Positions 1 through 11,380 of a DNA stretch of 64,000 nucleotides are shown piece by piece. The position numbers were made by a program, and so were the translations under genes. This DNA is from Paraspadella gotoi (lineage: Eukaryota; Animalia; Chaetognatha), in the NCBI GenBank assembly GCA_051294375.1, contig CM119266.1, positions 2,546,191 through 2,610,190 of the forward strand, in the 5' to 3' direction. Under the pieces are notes generated by a model. The model ran no database searches, had not been told where the DNA came from, and was given only the letters and a program-made list of their open reading frames with translations. How positions within the stretch are numbered: the stretch's first letter is position 1; each line of letters opens with the position of its first letter.

Positions 1-3000
1 ACCATAGCAGAAACTCTCATCAAATACAGAATCCTAAAAATCATCTCTTTTATCTCACTTCACGTCTTTGCATGTCCTACAGTTTTTTTCTTCGACGAAG
101 AAGCATAGATAAACAGAGAATCTGGGGTCTTGGTCTCTCTCTCTCTCATCTCTCTCTCTCTTCTTCTCAGCTCGTCGCATCTCGTCTCCTTCGTCTCTCT
201 CGTCTCTCATCTTTCTCTCTCTCTGCATATTTAGTCCATTTCGATCGGTATTCACCTGAATGAATTTCTTTAATACTAAAATGATTCTCGAGACTTGGTG
301 ACGACTTTTCAGCTCCGCCTGCCGCGCGCCCGCTGTCGCCGCTGTCGCCGCTGTCACTCCCCGCTGACACATGCCGCCCGCCGCTTACGCCTAGGCCGCT
401 ACCCGTTCGCACGGCCCTGGCACCCCGGCTGCCAGAACGGCAACCACGCAAACCGTACTCGCACGTCGCTCTCGCATTGGCTGCCATGACATTTTCAGAT
501 GATATTCTTTTTCTTTTTCAGCTCCAATATTGATTTTATCTTTAACATTTCTTATCGTAATTTTATTTCTTATTTTTCATAAACGGTTCTGCTGTAGGGC
601 AAGATCACAGAGTTTCGCGAGAGGGGGGATGCAGGTTTACGAGGAATCTCGGCTTTTTTTTATGGTCCGCCTCGATTCGAACGGCATGGCCCGTAATAAA
701 TAGTATAAAAGAATGGCATAGTTCGAAAGCGTGGCGTTCTTGGGAAAGCCCTTTGCCGGTGGAAGCGCGAGAAAAGTACGGTCACTTGACTGAAAGAATG
801 GACCATAATGTGGACTGGTTTTACGGTTTTTTTTGCTTTCCTGACTCATCATTAAGAGCATTGCATTGTTTCTACATAAGACCTATGTTTTGATTATTTT
901 TTTGTCTTCAACATTATAGATAGTTGGCGTGCTGGGCTAAGAGCAGGTTCTTAATTTTGTTATATTATTTGCAGCTTGCTGTTAATTTAACAATCATTAA
1001 ACTGCTTTTTTGGCATTATTGCGAACCGTCACGCCGATGTATTTTTGACTTTATTTTACCCTTCCGGCCATTGGGGACAGTCTGTTATTGTTTCGTGGTG
1101 TGAGCGCGCGCGAAAAAGTTTTGTGTGTTTTTTGAATAAAAATCCGAAGAAAACCAAAGGGCTTTGTTTCGATAACATTTTTATATTGGACTGCCGAAAC
1201 GAGCATAGAATGGATCTACGCGAAATCCATCCGAAAGCCATGGCTGCGACGAGCAACCGCGGTTTCCGACGAAGAGTGAGGATTTTGGTGGCTGTTTGTT
1301 TTGAAGTCATAATTCTCGCCGGTGATGCTTTTTTGATGGAATTTTTAAAAAATTTTAATAAGTATGGTTATGTTATTAAGTATTTAATCAATTGTGAGAT
1401 ATTCGGTTCGTTCTGTAGAAGAGACATGGTTAGATATTCGCTCCCGCGCTAAGAAAAAATACGAAAGAACGAAGCGGTTTCTGTAATTTTGTTCCTAAGC
1501 AAATTTTGCCTTGATGAGCAGCGCAGTAATATTACAAAACCATGGAGGTTTTTGAAACTACGTGTTTGGGCTAATCCAACGGCAGCTGGGAACAAAAAAA
1601 ATCCTATAAAGGTCTTGTTGCACAAAAATACTAAAAGAAAGCACGGTTTAATTTTTATATTTTGTGTTTTTACTGTAGAAGTCAATATATTTGCAGCGGT
1701 CTTGTGACTGATTTCGATCTTTGTTGGGTTAGTCTATCTTTCAATAGCGACACAAAAAATAATAATTGATGTCATAGTATGAAATAATAGCAACTAAGTC
1801 AAACTTATTCTAATCAAAGTTTTTGTAATTTTGTTTACTGTTTTGCCAAACATGCCTCTTTAAACAATTATAAAAAATAAGATACTAATGAAACTAAATG
1901 TTAGGTACACGTCTGCCGACGAAAGAAGAAATTCATTGATATTATAGTAATCAATATGGAGCCTTGAATACCTTATTTCTTCTTAATTTACTCTTTATTG
2001 ATAAAAGCTGTATTCAGTGTAAAATGAAAAACAATATCACAATACCCGCTACTTCATTTGCATGTTATTAAAGGCTTGTAGAGTGGTTTTTTTTAATAAA
2101 AATCGGTTTATATTCATATAGCTAATTAAATTACTGCCAAAGGTTTTAATTTGCACCTAAAATGACCCAAATTTATAATTGATAATAGTCTTTAGCTCTG
2201 TCATTTTTGAATCAGCACGGAATCAAAGTGTTGAATCTGACTGAATTTTATTTTAAATAATGTGTTTTTAAGGTAACTAAATGAAATTATTTGTTTCTTT
2301 CATCAAATGGCATTATTGATAATTCTAGTATTATTTATACGTTAAAGGATAGAAAAATTTTGTTAATATCACAAAAAAATTCAGCCTTTACTCTTTCTCG
2401 AACTATAATTTTTTATTTTTAAAATGTGCCAGTGTGGTTTAAATTAATTTCAAAATGTGTATTTTTGACAAGATTTCGATCAGATTTTAAAAAATACTCC
2501 TTTGAAACGTTGAAGTAATAATTAATGGAAAATGCCGCCACATAATTACGAAAGGCTTGAATTTGGACCAGTCCATTGTTATACATTTTGGTTCAAAGAA
2601 GATTATCTCAGAAAATCTTTTTTTTATTTCAATATGAAGTCACTGCGGCTAGTAAAAATTTGAAGCGGACCAAAAGAAAATTAAGCAATGCAAGGATTGT
2701 TTTAAAAATTGGGTGTGGAAATGACTGTTTTATGTGGATTATTTTTTAAAACGTTGGATCAGATTGATTTGAATTTGAAATCACAATATTGGACATCAAT
2801 TTCCTCTAGTAAATGTAAAATATTTTTCAAATAACATTATAAAAGCCAGGTAACTTGCGCCCTAAACTAAATGGTAAGAATAAAAATACAAGATGAGATT
2901 GTGACGTAAGAGAAAGAAAAAAGTCTCTGATATGGCAACAGGCCGGGTGCCTTGTTATGCCCAATTGGGATGGGGCATCTCACTGTTAGCTTTGGGGCTT

Positions 3001-4861
3001 CCGACCCTCATGAAACGCATCCAGTCACTCAGGGTACACGCTAGGACGGTCTCGTTTCCCAACGCAGAGGGAAGTATTAGGACATGTGGATGGAACACTA
3101 ACGCTGGATGGTGTGTTCCTCCTGAGTCATGGATTTGGACTGAAACGATGAGTGGACGTGAGGCGGTGTGAACTACCGTAACCGCCACTGATATCACATT
3201 ATTACAACGCCCTCAATATTCGGACCAAATAGATCACGGGTTACTATCGGTCCTATTCTGTTGTCCCGGTCGTCATGGTATTGCCAAGTGACCTGTTGGA
3301 TGATACCTGGCTTCGTAAGCAAAGAGGAGACGAAGGGTTTAGAATTAGAGAGACCTGGTCGTAAGTCACCTCAGCAACTATCATTTTGGTACATTTTATA
3401 TTAGTAGTTTTTATCATACTAATATTTCTGATATATCCAAAATAGCAGTACGTTTTAGTATACTAGTACGCTTTCAATAAGAATTTGATTTTATTATTGT
3501 ATAATAATTTTTAGACACGAATTAAATTTTTTGTAAGTTTTTGTCGCCAATAGCGTGTTACGATTTCTAGTATTTTTAAAACCCTCTTGGTGGCGGAGCA
3601 CTCTTTTTCTCGGCGACGCACTCTTCTCTCGCGACGCATCTCGGCTCTCGCGGAGCGAACTGCCTCTCGGCGACGCACTCGGCGACCCACCTCGGTTTCT
3701 CGGCAGACTCGGTTAATAAATTAAAAATTATTCCATTACTCTCATTCGTCTAGTGCGTTAGGGAGAACCATTTATAATAAGCTTAATCTTGCTCTTAATA
3801 CCGACAAATTTTATTTTTTTGGGTTAACTGTTCCATCTCTCTCTTCGGCTGTTTAGTTTCAAGATTTACTATGTGATAATGAATATGCTTTTTTATAGTA
3901 AAATAATCCTTATGAGTTTGCTAGAGCATGTACACTTTCTCTCACCCCCTCCTCTTCTAGATTGGTTGCGTGGCCGGATCCGCCGGCCAACATCCAAACT
4001 TCAAGACCCAAACTTAACCCGATGGTAATCCGAAACAATGACAGCAAGAAACGGCATTGGTGGTAATCTACCCTGTAAATAATCCTGAGTTTTGATAAGT
4101 TTTTTTTTCGCGGTCTTTGATGAATTATAATTTTTTTTGCCTCTCACTCTTGAAAAAATCTGGAAATATTTGTTTTAAACGATAGTCGCTGCAATACAGT
4201 GATAATTACAGATTTAAAGTAAGTAGGCAGCTGGAGATAGAACAGAAGTCCATGTTCATAAGATGGGAAAAATTATAAAAAAAGTTAGTAGTTTTTTTAA
4301 TCTTAGTTTATTACGTAGCATTAATGTAGGGCTTGACTGGCGTACATTAATTGTTTAAACTATGTTTGTTTAATATGGTTAAAATTAAATGCTCATTAAT
4401 TTGTGCAATATACATTTTTTTGGTTCAGTAACTAATTTTAAAATAAATAATAATTGTTTTAGATTTATTTTATTGTATTTTTATATTGAAGCAGGAAAAT
4501 GAATTGTTTGTTTATGTACGAATTTGATAAAGAACATAAATTTTGGGCATGTTTCCAGCTTTAATGTAAGCTTTCTCTGCGTAAAAACCTAATTATTGGT
4601 CGAAAACAAATATTTTCAGCCTCTCTCTTTTCTATATCAAATTTTTCCAAAGTCTCTGTAAAATTTTGTTTTCAGCAAATTAATCGTTTTCGCGCTGTAT
4701 AAGGTTTACATTGAATCAGAAACATGTCGCGAAATTTGTTTTCTTAATAAAACTCATACAAAACTGCAAACAAAAAAAAGAAAACAATAAGTTAAATATT
4801 ATTTTCACTATGGAAAACAGTGCACTAAGAAACAGAAATTTTTTTTTAATTTTGCCATATA

Positions 4862-5421
4862 TGTGGCGCGGAGTCGAAGGTCCGGTTGGCGTGACGTCAC
4901 GTGGCCGAGATTCGTGACCAACTGTAACCTGGGGTCCTAAGGTGATCAGGTGACATCATCGCAGGGAAGGCACGAGGTTAAGGGATTCGAATTGATTGTT
5001 ATTTTGATTGGTTGATAAAACAATAATTGATTTGGAATCAGAGTTTTCTTCTTCTTAAATAATGTAGTATTTACATTGAGAGAGATCAAGTAAAAACGTG
5101 GAGAAATAAAAGCATAACAAGTTTATTTCATTGAGATGAAAATCAGTCTGAATTATGTCAGTTTACAATCCATTAAAGAAAGCAATCAAAAACAAAGAAA
5201 ATAAGGCTCCATCTCTTGGTGGACAATTTAATTTTACTTTGGAAACAAAAGTCTTTAAATCAATGTTTAAGTCTTTAAATCGTGATTTGAGGCTGGATTC
5301 TTAGGCCATTTGGTTGGCCGAGGTCGGTGACTGAGGCGTCCAAATCCTTGAGCCCGGTTCGAATCCGCGGACATGGATGAGTTTATTTTTCGTATGAAAT
5401 TATCCGCTCGAGGTGGCCGCA
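4862..5421 (-). repeat. 3' LTR of the Gypsy element
   Basis: tgtggcgcgg...ggtggccgca, nearly identical to 10643-11207 apart from single-base indels. Confidence 0.95.
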
Positions 5422-5431
5422 CGCCCCCTTG
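5422..5431 (-). other. Polypurine tract
   Basis: Minus strand reads AAGGGGGCG immediately before the 3' LTR start TGCGGCC. Confidence 0.75.
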
Positions 5432-5675
5432 TTGAAATATATAGTAAAATATATTCAATAATATTGTTATCGTCCACCGAGTGATTGTAAATGTATGTAG
5501 TGCAAAATACTAATAAATATATATATATATACGAATATATACAAGTTTAAAATTAAACTGTTGACCGAATTAACATGATTTGACGATCCTCAAAATAAAA
5601 AATCGAAAAATCAAAAATTAAAATTGAAAAATAAAATTCGATAAAACTCACGAATAATAAAGTTGAAAAATAACT

Positions 5676-8600
5676 TTAATACGACGTGAACGTGGTTTTA
5701 TTGTTTTCGTTGTTATTCTCGTTTTCGTCTCTCTGTCGACGAAGCATCTCTTTAAGAACAACAGCATAAGTCGGACGGTTGCTGTTATCATTTTTGTTGT
5801 TGTTGTTGTTGTCTTCGTTGTTTACTTGTCGATTTTGTCTGTTGAGAAAGTTCTCTGCTGTGGCCTTTGACAACCTCCACGTTGGCTCGGTTTCTCCCCT
5901 CGCAGAGTTGTTGTTGTTATTCTTCTCTTTTTTCTTTGAGGTTGGAGATGGCGGGCGGAGAACACTTAGAGAAGGAGAAGGGGGAGGAAGAGCGGCGACG
6001 CGTTGCACCGAAGATCTCGTTACTCTCGTTGTTGGCGCCGGTATTCGAGTTCGAGGTCGGCCCAGTCGGCGCTGTGGGCTGCGGGATGCTGGTATAATTT
6101 GCGCAGGAGGAGGAGGAGAAGTAGCTCTCTGCATCGAGGATCTCGTTGTTCTCGTTGTTGGCGCCGGCATCCGAGTTCGTGGGCGACCAGGTCGGCGTCG
6201 TGGGCGTGTTTCCTGTTCATTGACCTCTGACGCTTCCTCACTAATCCAAGCTGGTTTGATTCGGGCGATATTTACCGTTTGTCTACCCGTACTTGGAATT
6301 TCAATTGTGATGTTGAGACCATTTCGATTTATAACGCGGTAAGGTCCTTCGTACGGGGGAATCAAGGGTGGTTGGACTCCAGCTCGTCGTACGAAGACGT
6401 ATTGGGCCGATTCTAGATTAGCTGGGAGGTGAGTTGCTGGTTGATGGTGTGCAGAGGTTGGAGTTGGTTGAAGACGAGCGACTTCAACTCGGAGACTTGC
6501 CAATTGACTTTGGCGTTGTCGTTGAAGATCTGAGTCATCGATTTGCTTGTCGCCGAGCATACTGCCAGGTATGCTAATACCTTCACCAAAGACCATGTCG
6601 GCGGCTGAGGCGCCGATATCCTCTTTTACTGTTGTGCGAATTGCTAAAAGGGTCAACGGTAGCTTCCAATACCAGTTTTGTCTTTCTTCCTTTGCCAAGG
6701 CTCTCAGAGATTCTTTTAGCCGCCGATGAAAACGCTCTACCAGGCCATTGGCCTGGGGGTGGTAAGCCGTGGTCATCTGATGCTTGATTCCCCATTGTTG
6801 GGTAAGCTGTCGCCATAATGCCGAGTTGAACTGGGTTCCTCGATCTGTCGTGATGATTGCCGGGGTGCCAAAGGTGCTAATCCATTCGTGGCTAAATGCA
6901 TCGAGGATTGTTGTTGTGACTGTATCCTTGATTGGAATTGCGGCTGGCCACCTCGAGAAGCGGTCGACGACTGTTAGCAGATATGTGAAGCCATTTGAAC
7001 TCGGCATCTTCACCAGGTCCAAGTTGACATGTTGGAATCTTCTCGGAGGAATTTTAAATTCTCCTATTTCTGGAATGACATGTCTTGTAATTTTGGCCTT
7101 CTGACAATCGATGCAATCTCTTGCCCACTTTGTCACATCTTGTCTCATGTTTGTCCACACAAACTTTGACGCCACTGCCTTTCGCGTTGCCTCGATGCCG
7201 GGATGGCCGAGGCCGTGTATGACGTCGAATATTCGGCGTCGCCAAGCTGCTGGTACAAATGGCCGTGCTGGGCCGTTTGAGACGTCGGCCAGGAGTTGTT
7301 GTTCTCCGACTTGGATTTTTCGGAACGTAAGACCTGATCTTGCATCTTCCGAGATTTTTTGAAATTCTGGGTCGAGGATTTGTTCCCTCGCCATCTGCTC
7401 AAAATCTATTTCGAAAGTTGTCAGTGACGCTATCACTGCTTGAGCATCTTCAAGGCGATTAGCTTTGATTGTTTTCTCATCTTTCTGCTCAAGTTGTTCG
7501 ACGACTTGAGAGATTGGCGTCGAATTGATGGCTACGACTTTCGATTCCATTTGCGCGTCGTTTGGCGGCTCAGCTGTTGATGGGGTGTTGGGACGAGACA
7601 AAGCGTCTGCCACAACATTTGCCTTGCCTTTCAGATAACGGATATCAGTCGTGAACTCCGCTATCACCGAAAGCTGATATGCTTGACGAGCAGTTTGCGG
7701 CTCCGTTTTCTTTTTAATGGCGGGCACGAGACTTTGATGATCCGTGTAGATCGTAAAGCTGCGACCTTCAATCCAATGACGGAAATGACGAACGGCTCGG
7801 AAGGCTCCAAACAACTCCCGATCGAATGGAGGCCAAAGTTTTTGGTTTTTGGCAAGCTTGGCCGAAAAAAAGGCCAACGGCTCCCATCCCTTTGGACCTC
7901 GTTGCTCGAGCACCGCACCAACTGCGTGGTCGGATGCATCCGTTGTGATGCAGAGTTGGGCGCCTGTTCGAGGATGGTGGAGTAATGCAGCTTGTATTAA
8001 GCCCTCCTTGATCGCCTCAAATGCTTTTTCGCAGTTGTCAGTCCATCTCAAAGTCTTTGGTTTGCCACTTAAAGCTTCGTAGAGCGGCGCGCAACGATGG
8101 GCGACTTTGGGGATAAATCGACGATAGTAGTTGATCATCCCCAAAAACCTTTGTAACTCCTTTATCGTCGTCGGTTTTGTTGTTTCACGCAGTGTTTGGA
8201 CCCGTTCAGGCAGTGGTCGTACTCCATTCTTGTCAACCAAGAAGCCCAAGAATTCGAGCGATTCTTGGCCCAAGAGGCACTTTTTTTTATTTACGACCAA
8301 CCCGTTGGCGTCGAGGGTCTTGAAGACCCGCTCGAGATCCTGCATGTGCTCCTCTGGCGACGTCGAAGCTACTAATATATCGTCTAGATATACAAAGGTG
8401 TGGGGAATGTCCCCCAGGATGTCGTCCATCAGGCGCTGGAAGTCTTGCCCTGCATTTTTGAGTCCAAATGGGCAACGAGGGAAGACGTATAACCCAAACG
8501 GGGTTATTACTGCGGTTTTCTTGATGTCTTCTGGATTTACTGGAATCTGATGGTATCCTTTGAGCAAATCAATCTTCGAGAAGATTGTTTTGCCCTCCAG

Positions 8601-9404
8601 TTGTGCATTGAAATCCGTTAGTAGTTTGACGGGATACTTGTCGTCAATCGTTTGCGAATTGAGGCGCCTGTAGTCTCCACAACATCTCCAGCCGCCATCT
8701 GGCTTTGCTACTACATGGAGTGGAGATGACCATTCGGATTTGCCTCGTTTCGCTATCCCCATCGACACCATCTTCTCCAACTCCCTCTTCGCCACCGCCA
8801 GCTTCTCTGGGTCCAGTCGACGGGCCCGAGATTGGCAGGGTCGGCCTTCTGTTGGAATGGAGTGGGTCACGCCGTGTTTCGGTTCCTTGAGCTCGAATGT
8901 CGGCGTCGAGAGAGATGGAAAGGATTCGAGCAATTTGTAAAACTTTTCTCCCTTTCGGTCGACGAAGTTGACGTGTGTTGTGGCCTCGGAGGATGTTGAT
9001 GCTGCTATGTTTGAGTAATCCTGCAGATCCATGAGCAGGCCGTCCCTGTGGTTAGGAGCCAAGAAATTCTCGGCCAAGAAATCGGCGCCGAGAATATGTT
9101 GAGTCACGTCAGCGACGACGAATTCATAGTCGAATTTGCGTTTTCCGAGGGTGACGGTTTTGCTCACTGTGCCGTAGCAGTTGATCGGCGATCCATTTGC
9201 TGCCTGTAGCTTCATCTCCGGGTCAGGTCCACTTTGTCGTTGCTCGCGAGTTGGGGGAATGATGGACAAAAGTGCCCCGCCGTCTACCAGCCACTTCACT
9301 CTACTCTCTGAGTCTCGAATGTACAATAAGTCACTGGCTGCTGGTGAACGAGTTGATTGTTGGGGAACGGCGTTCACCGCCGGCGTCCCCCTCTGCCGTT
9401 TCCC
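5676..9404 (-). CDS. pol: Pol polyprotein (protease, reverse transcriptase, RNase H, integrase), expressed by -1 frameshift from gag
   Basis: Uninterrupted >1230-codon ORF: WLVDGGA (protease), YLDD (RT), TDASD (RNase H), H-x3-H...C-x2-C zinc finger, VVDRFSRW/TDRGTQF/NGLVER integrase core, GPY motif. Confidence 0.97.
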   Translation of the reverse strand, partial: GKRQRGTPAVNAVPQQSTRSPAASDLLYIRDSESRVKWLVDGGALLSIIPPTREQRQSGPDPEMKLQAANGSPINCYGTVSKTVTLGKRKFDYEFVVADVTQHILGADFLAENFLAPNHRDGLLMDLQDYSNIAASTSSEATTHVNFVDRKGEKFYKLLESFPSLSTPTFELKEPKHGVTHSIPTEGRPCQSRARRLDPEKLAVAKRELEKMVSMGIAKRGKSEWSSPLHVVAKPDGGWRCCGDYRRLNSQTIDDKYPVKLLTDFNAQLEGKTIFSKIDLLKGYHQIPVNPEDIKKTAVITPFGLYVFPRCPFGLKNAGQDFQRLMDDILGDIPHTFVYLDDILVASTSPEEHMQDLERVFKTLDANGLVVNKKKCLLGQESLEFLGFLVDKNGVRPLPERVQTLRETTKPTTIKELQRFLGMINYYRRFIPKVAHRCAPLYEALSGKPKTLRWTDNCEKAFEAIKEGLIQAALLHHPRTGAQLCITTDASDHAVGAVLEQRGPKGWEPLAFFSAKLAKNQKLWPPFDRELFGAFRAVRHFRHWIEGRSFTIYTDHQSLVPAIKKKTEPQTARQAYQLSVIAEFTTDIRYLKGKANVVADALSRPNTPSTAEPPNDAQMESKVVAINSTPISQVVEQLEQKDEKTIKANRLEDAQAVIASLTTFEIDFEQMAREQILDPEFQKISEDARSGLTFRKIQVGEQQLLADVSNGPARPFVPAAWRRRIFDVIHGLGHPGIEATRKAVASKFVWTNMRQDVTKWARDCIDCQKAKITRHVIPEIGEFKIPPRRFQHVNLDLVKMPSSNGFTYLLTVVDRFSRWPAAIPIKDTVTTTILDAFSHEWISTFGTPAIITTDRGTQFNSALWRQLTQQWGIKHQMTTAYHPQANGLVERFHRRLKESLRALAKEERQNWYWKLPLTLLAIRTTVKEDIGASAADMVFGEGISIPGSMLGDKQIDDSDLQRQRQSQLASLRVEVARLQPTPTSAHHQPATHLPANLESAQYVFVRRAGVQPPLIPPYEGPYRVINRNGLNITIEIPSTGRQTVNIARIKPAWISEEASEVNEQETRPRRRPGRPRTRMPAPTTRTTRSSMQRATSPPPPAQIIPASRSPQRRLGRPRTRIPAPTTRVTRSSVQRVAALPPPSPSLSVLRPPSPTSKKKEKNNNNNSARGETEPTWRLSKATAENFLNRQNRQVNNEDNNNNNKNDNSNRPTYAVVLKEMLRRQRDENENNNENNKTTFTSY
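9343..9404 (-). promoter_or_regulatory. -1 programmed ribosomal frameshift signal (G GGA AAC plus H-type pseudoknot)
   Basis: Slippery heptamer in gag frame at 9404-9398, 6-nt spacer, stem 1 GGGGGACG/CGTTCCCC, stem 2 GGTGAACG/CGTTCACC; the -1 frame is the pol frame. Confidence 0.85.
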
Positions 9405-10453
9405 TCGCGGCGTTTCTGTGTTTCCTCGTATTTGGCGCAGCCTGGCTCACAAGACCAGGCGTCATCGCCAAATCGGACATGCTTGTTACAAAGGGTAATG
9501 AGCTTGCCTTTGCTTTTCCCTTTTGGTGGATTTTGCCTCTTTTTCGAATTGGCGCCGCTTTTTGAGAAGGCACCGAGAGCGTTGATGGCGTCGTCGTCAT
9601 CAGATTCTGATTGTTGTCGCCTTCGGTAATCGTTCTCGATGTTGTTGATGAGTGAGGCAGATTGACGAATTTTCAGATTTCCATCATTATCGAAATGACG
9701 ATCTGCTAGCTGGCACAAGTCGGTTGCCGAAAGTTCCTCGGCTTTATCCTCTAGTTGTCGGCGAACTTCGGTTGGTAGCTCCCTGAGGATTTTTTCTTTT
9801 CTGACATCGTCCAGGGTTATCGTCTTGGTTCTCTCCTCCAGCTGCGCCAACATCTTGGACGGTTTGACGCCGTCGACGTCGAGGTTGTCGAGGAGATGCG
9901 CTGCTTGCTGGCGGCGTGAGAGGCCGTACTCCTTTCGCAAGTACTGGAGGAAATCATTCCACGTTTCTTCTGTCGTTTCGCCGAATAAATATTGATTAAT
10001 CTTTGGATCGACGTTAACGCCGATCTTAGATTCAAGATGAGCGAATTTTGTTTTCGGGGCCGTGATCCCAGCTCTCGTATATGACGCCTCGACTCGCTTA
10101 ATCCAGATCTCGATGTTGGTTTTATCAAAGTCTGGAAGGTCGGGTTTTCTATTTGATGCCCTCTCCAGCGCTCGAGTCGCCGCTGCCAGTGCGGCGCGTA
10201 ATTCGTCGTTTTCGCCGCGAAGTTCACGCTCCGAGGCGCCGCCAGTTGCCATGTCGGCGTTTTCAAAGTTTGCGGCGTCGATCTGCGGGAAGTCGAACGT
10301 CTGAACGGCGTCGGCGATGTTTGGTGAGATCGACCTCGAACGCCGGCCGCGCCCAAAGCCGAAAGGTATCTGGAGGGTCGTCGCTTCCTCCTGTTGATTG
10401 ACGGCGTTGCGCTGAGATGATCGTAGGCGATGACGGTAATCGGAATCGCTCAT
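9374..10453 (-). CDS. gag: Gag protein
   Basis: Open frame with LPDF...IEIWIKRVEA N-terminal gag region and CHCC motif; first ATG at 10453 (a second at 10252), true start uncertain. Confidence 0.9.
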   Translation of the reverse strand: MSDSDYRHRLRSSQRNAVNQQEEATTLQIPFGFGRGRRSRSISPNIADAVQTFDFPQIDAANFENADMATGGASERELRGENDELRAALAAATRALERASNRKPDLPDFDKTNIEIWIKRVEASYTRAGITAPKTKFAHLESKIGVNVDPKINQYLFGETTEETWNDFLQYLRKEYGLSRRQQAAHLLDNLDVDGVKPSKMLAQLEERTKTITLDDVRKEKILRELPTEVRRQLEDKAEELSATDLCQLADRHFDNDGNLKIRQSASLINNIENDYRRRQQSESDDDDAINALGAFSKSGANSKKRQNPPKGKSKGKLITLCNKHVRFGDDAWSCEPGCAKYEETQKRREGNGRGGRRR

Positions 10454-10627
10454 TTGTTTCCCGTCGGCGTCGTGGATTTGATCGAAAGGGTGTGGGAAGG
10501 TTGGGGCCAATGGAAAAGAGCGTTAGCGAATTGGATGATTTCGCTTAATTCACAAGTCTCATCCAATCTTACCTTGGAAAAGGTTAAGTTACTCCTTTGC
10601 CCCGTTTGAAGGTTGGTTTTGATTCAT

Positions 10628-10640
10628 AGTCGGGTTACCA
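10628..10640 (-). other. Primer-binding site, tRNA-Trp-like
   Basis: Minus strand TGGTAACCCGACT 2 nt after the 5' LTR; close to the tRNA-Trp PBS TGGTGACCCCGAC. Confidence 0.8.
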
Positions 10641-10642
10641 AG

Positions 10643-11207
10643 TGTGGCGCGGAGTCGAAGGTCCGGTTGGCGTGACGTCACGTGGCCGAGATTCGTGACC
10701 AACTGTAACCTTGGGGTCCTAAGGTGATTCAGGTGACATCATCGCAGGGAAGGCACGAGGTTAAGGGATTCGAATTGATTGTTTATTTGATTGGTTGATA
10801 AAAACAATAATTGATTTGGAATCAGAGTTTTTCTTCTTCTTAATAATGTAGTATTTACATTGAGAGAAGATCAAGTAAAAACGTGGAGAAATAAAAGCAT
10901 AACAAGTTTATTTCATTGAGATGAAAATCAGTCTGAATTATGTCAGTTACAATCCATTAAAGAAAGCAATCAAAAACAAAGAAAATAAGTGCTCCATCTC
11001 TTGGTGGACAATTTAATTTTACTTTGGAAACAAAAGTCTTTAAATCAATGTTTAAGTCTTTAAATCGTGATTTGAGGCTGGATTCTTTAGGCCATTTGGT
11101 TGGCCGAGGTCGGTGACTGAGGCGTCCCAAATCCTTGAGCCCGGGTTCGAATCCCGGCATGGATGAGTTTATTTTTCGTATGAAATTATCCGCTCGAGGT
11201 GGCCGCA
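10643..11207 (-). repeat. 5' LTR of the Gypsy element
   Basis: Direct repeat of 4862-5421, adjacent to the PBS. Confidence 0.95.
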
Positions 11208-11380
11208 GTTTTTTGTAATTTTACCCTATAAATGATATAATTTTGATAAAGGTTATATTTTTTTTATCAACTTTTTACGAAGAATCGAATCTTTTATCAG
11301 AATATTAAAAAAAAACTATTTTGAAATTTTGACATTTAGGTAAAGGGTAGTACTATATACAAATAAGCTCATGGGCTATA

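Larger units (their letters stand above)
4862..11207 (-). mobile_element. Full-length Ty3/Gypsy LTR retrotransposon, CsRn1 clade
   Basis: Two ~560-bp direct repeats with TG...CA ends; gag then pol in PR-RT-RH-IN order; gag C-x2-H-x9-C-x3-C motif (CNKHVRFGDDAWSCEPGC) and tRNA-Trp-like PBS are CsRn1 hallmarks; PPT next to the 3' LTR. Confidence 0.95.

Noticed and set aside
313-500. GC-rich patch translating to ...QPRKPYSHVALALAAM, reminiscent of a forkhead N-terminus
   Set aside because: Similarity is short, there is no splice donor or continuation of the domain; cannot be supported
2932-3375. GC-elevated island with short ORFs
   Set aside because: Probably a repeat remnant, but no termini, TSD or protein motif could be identified
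5779-10401. Plus-strand ORFs antisense to gag/pol
   Set aside because: Shadow ORFs of the coding strand with no independent motifs
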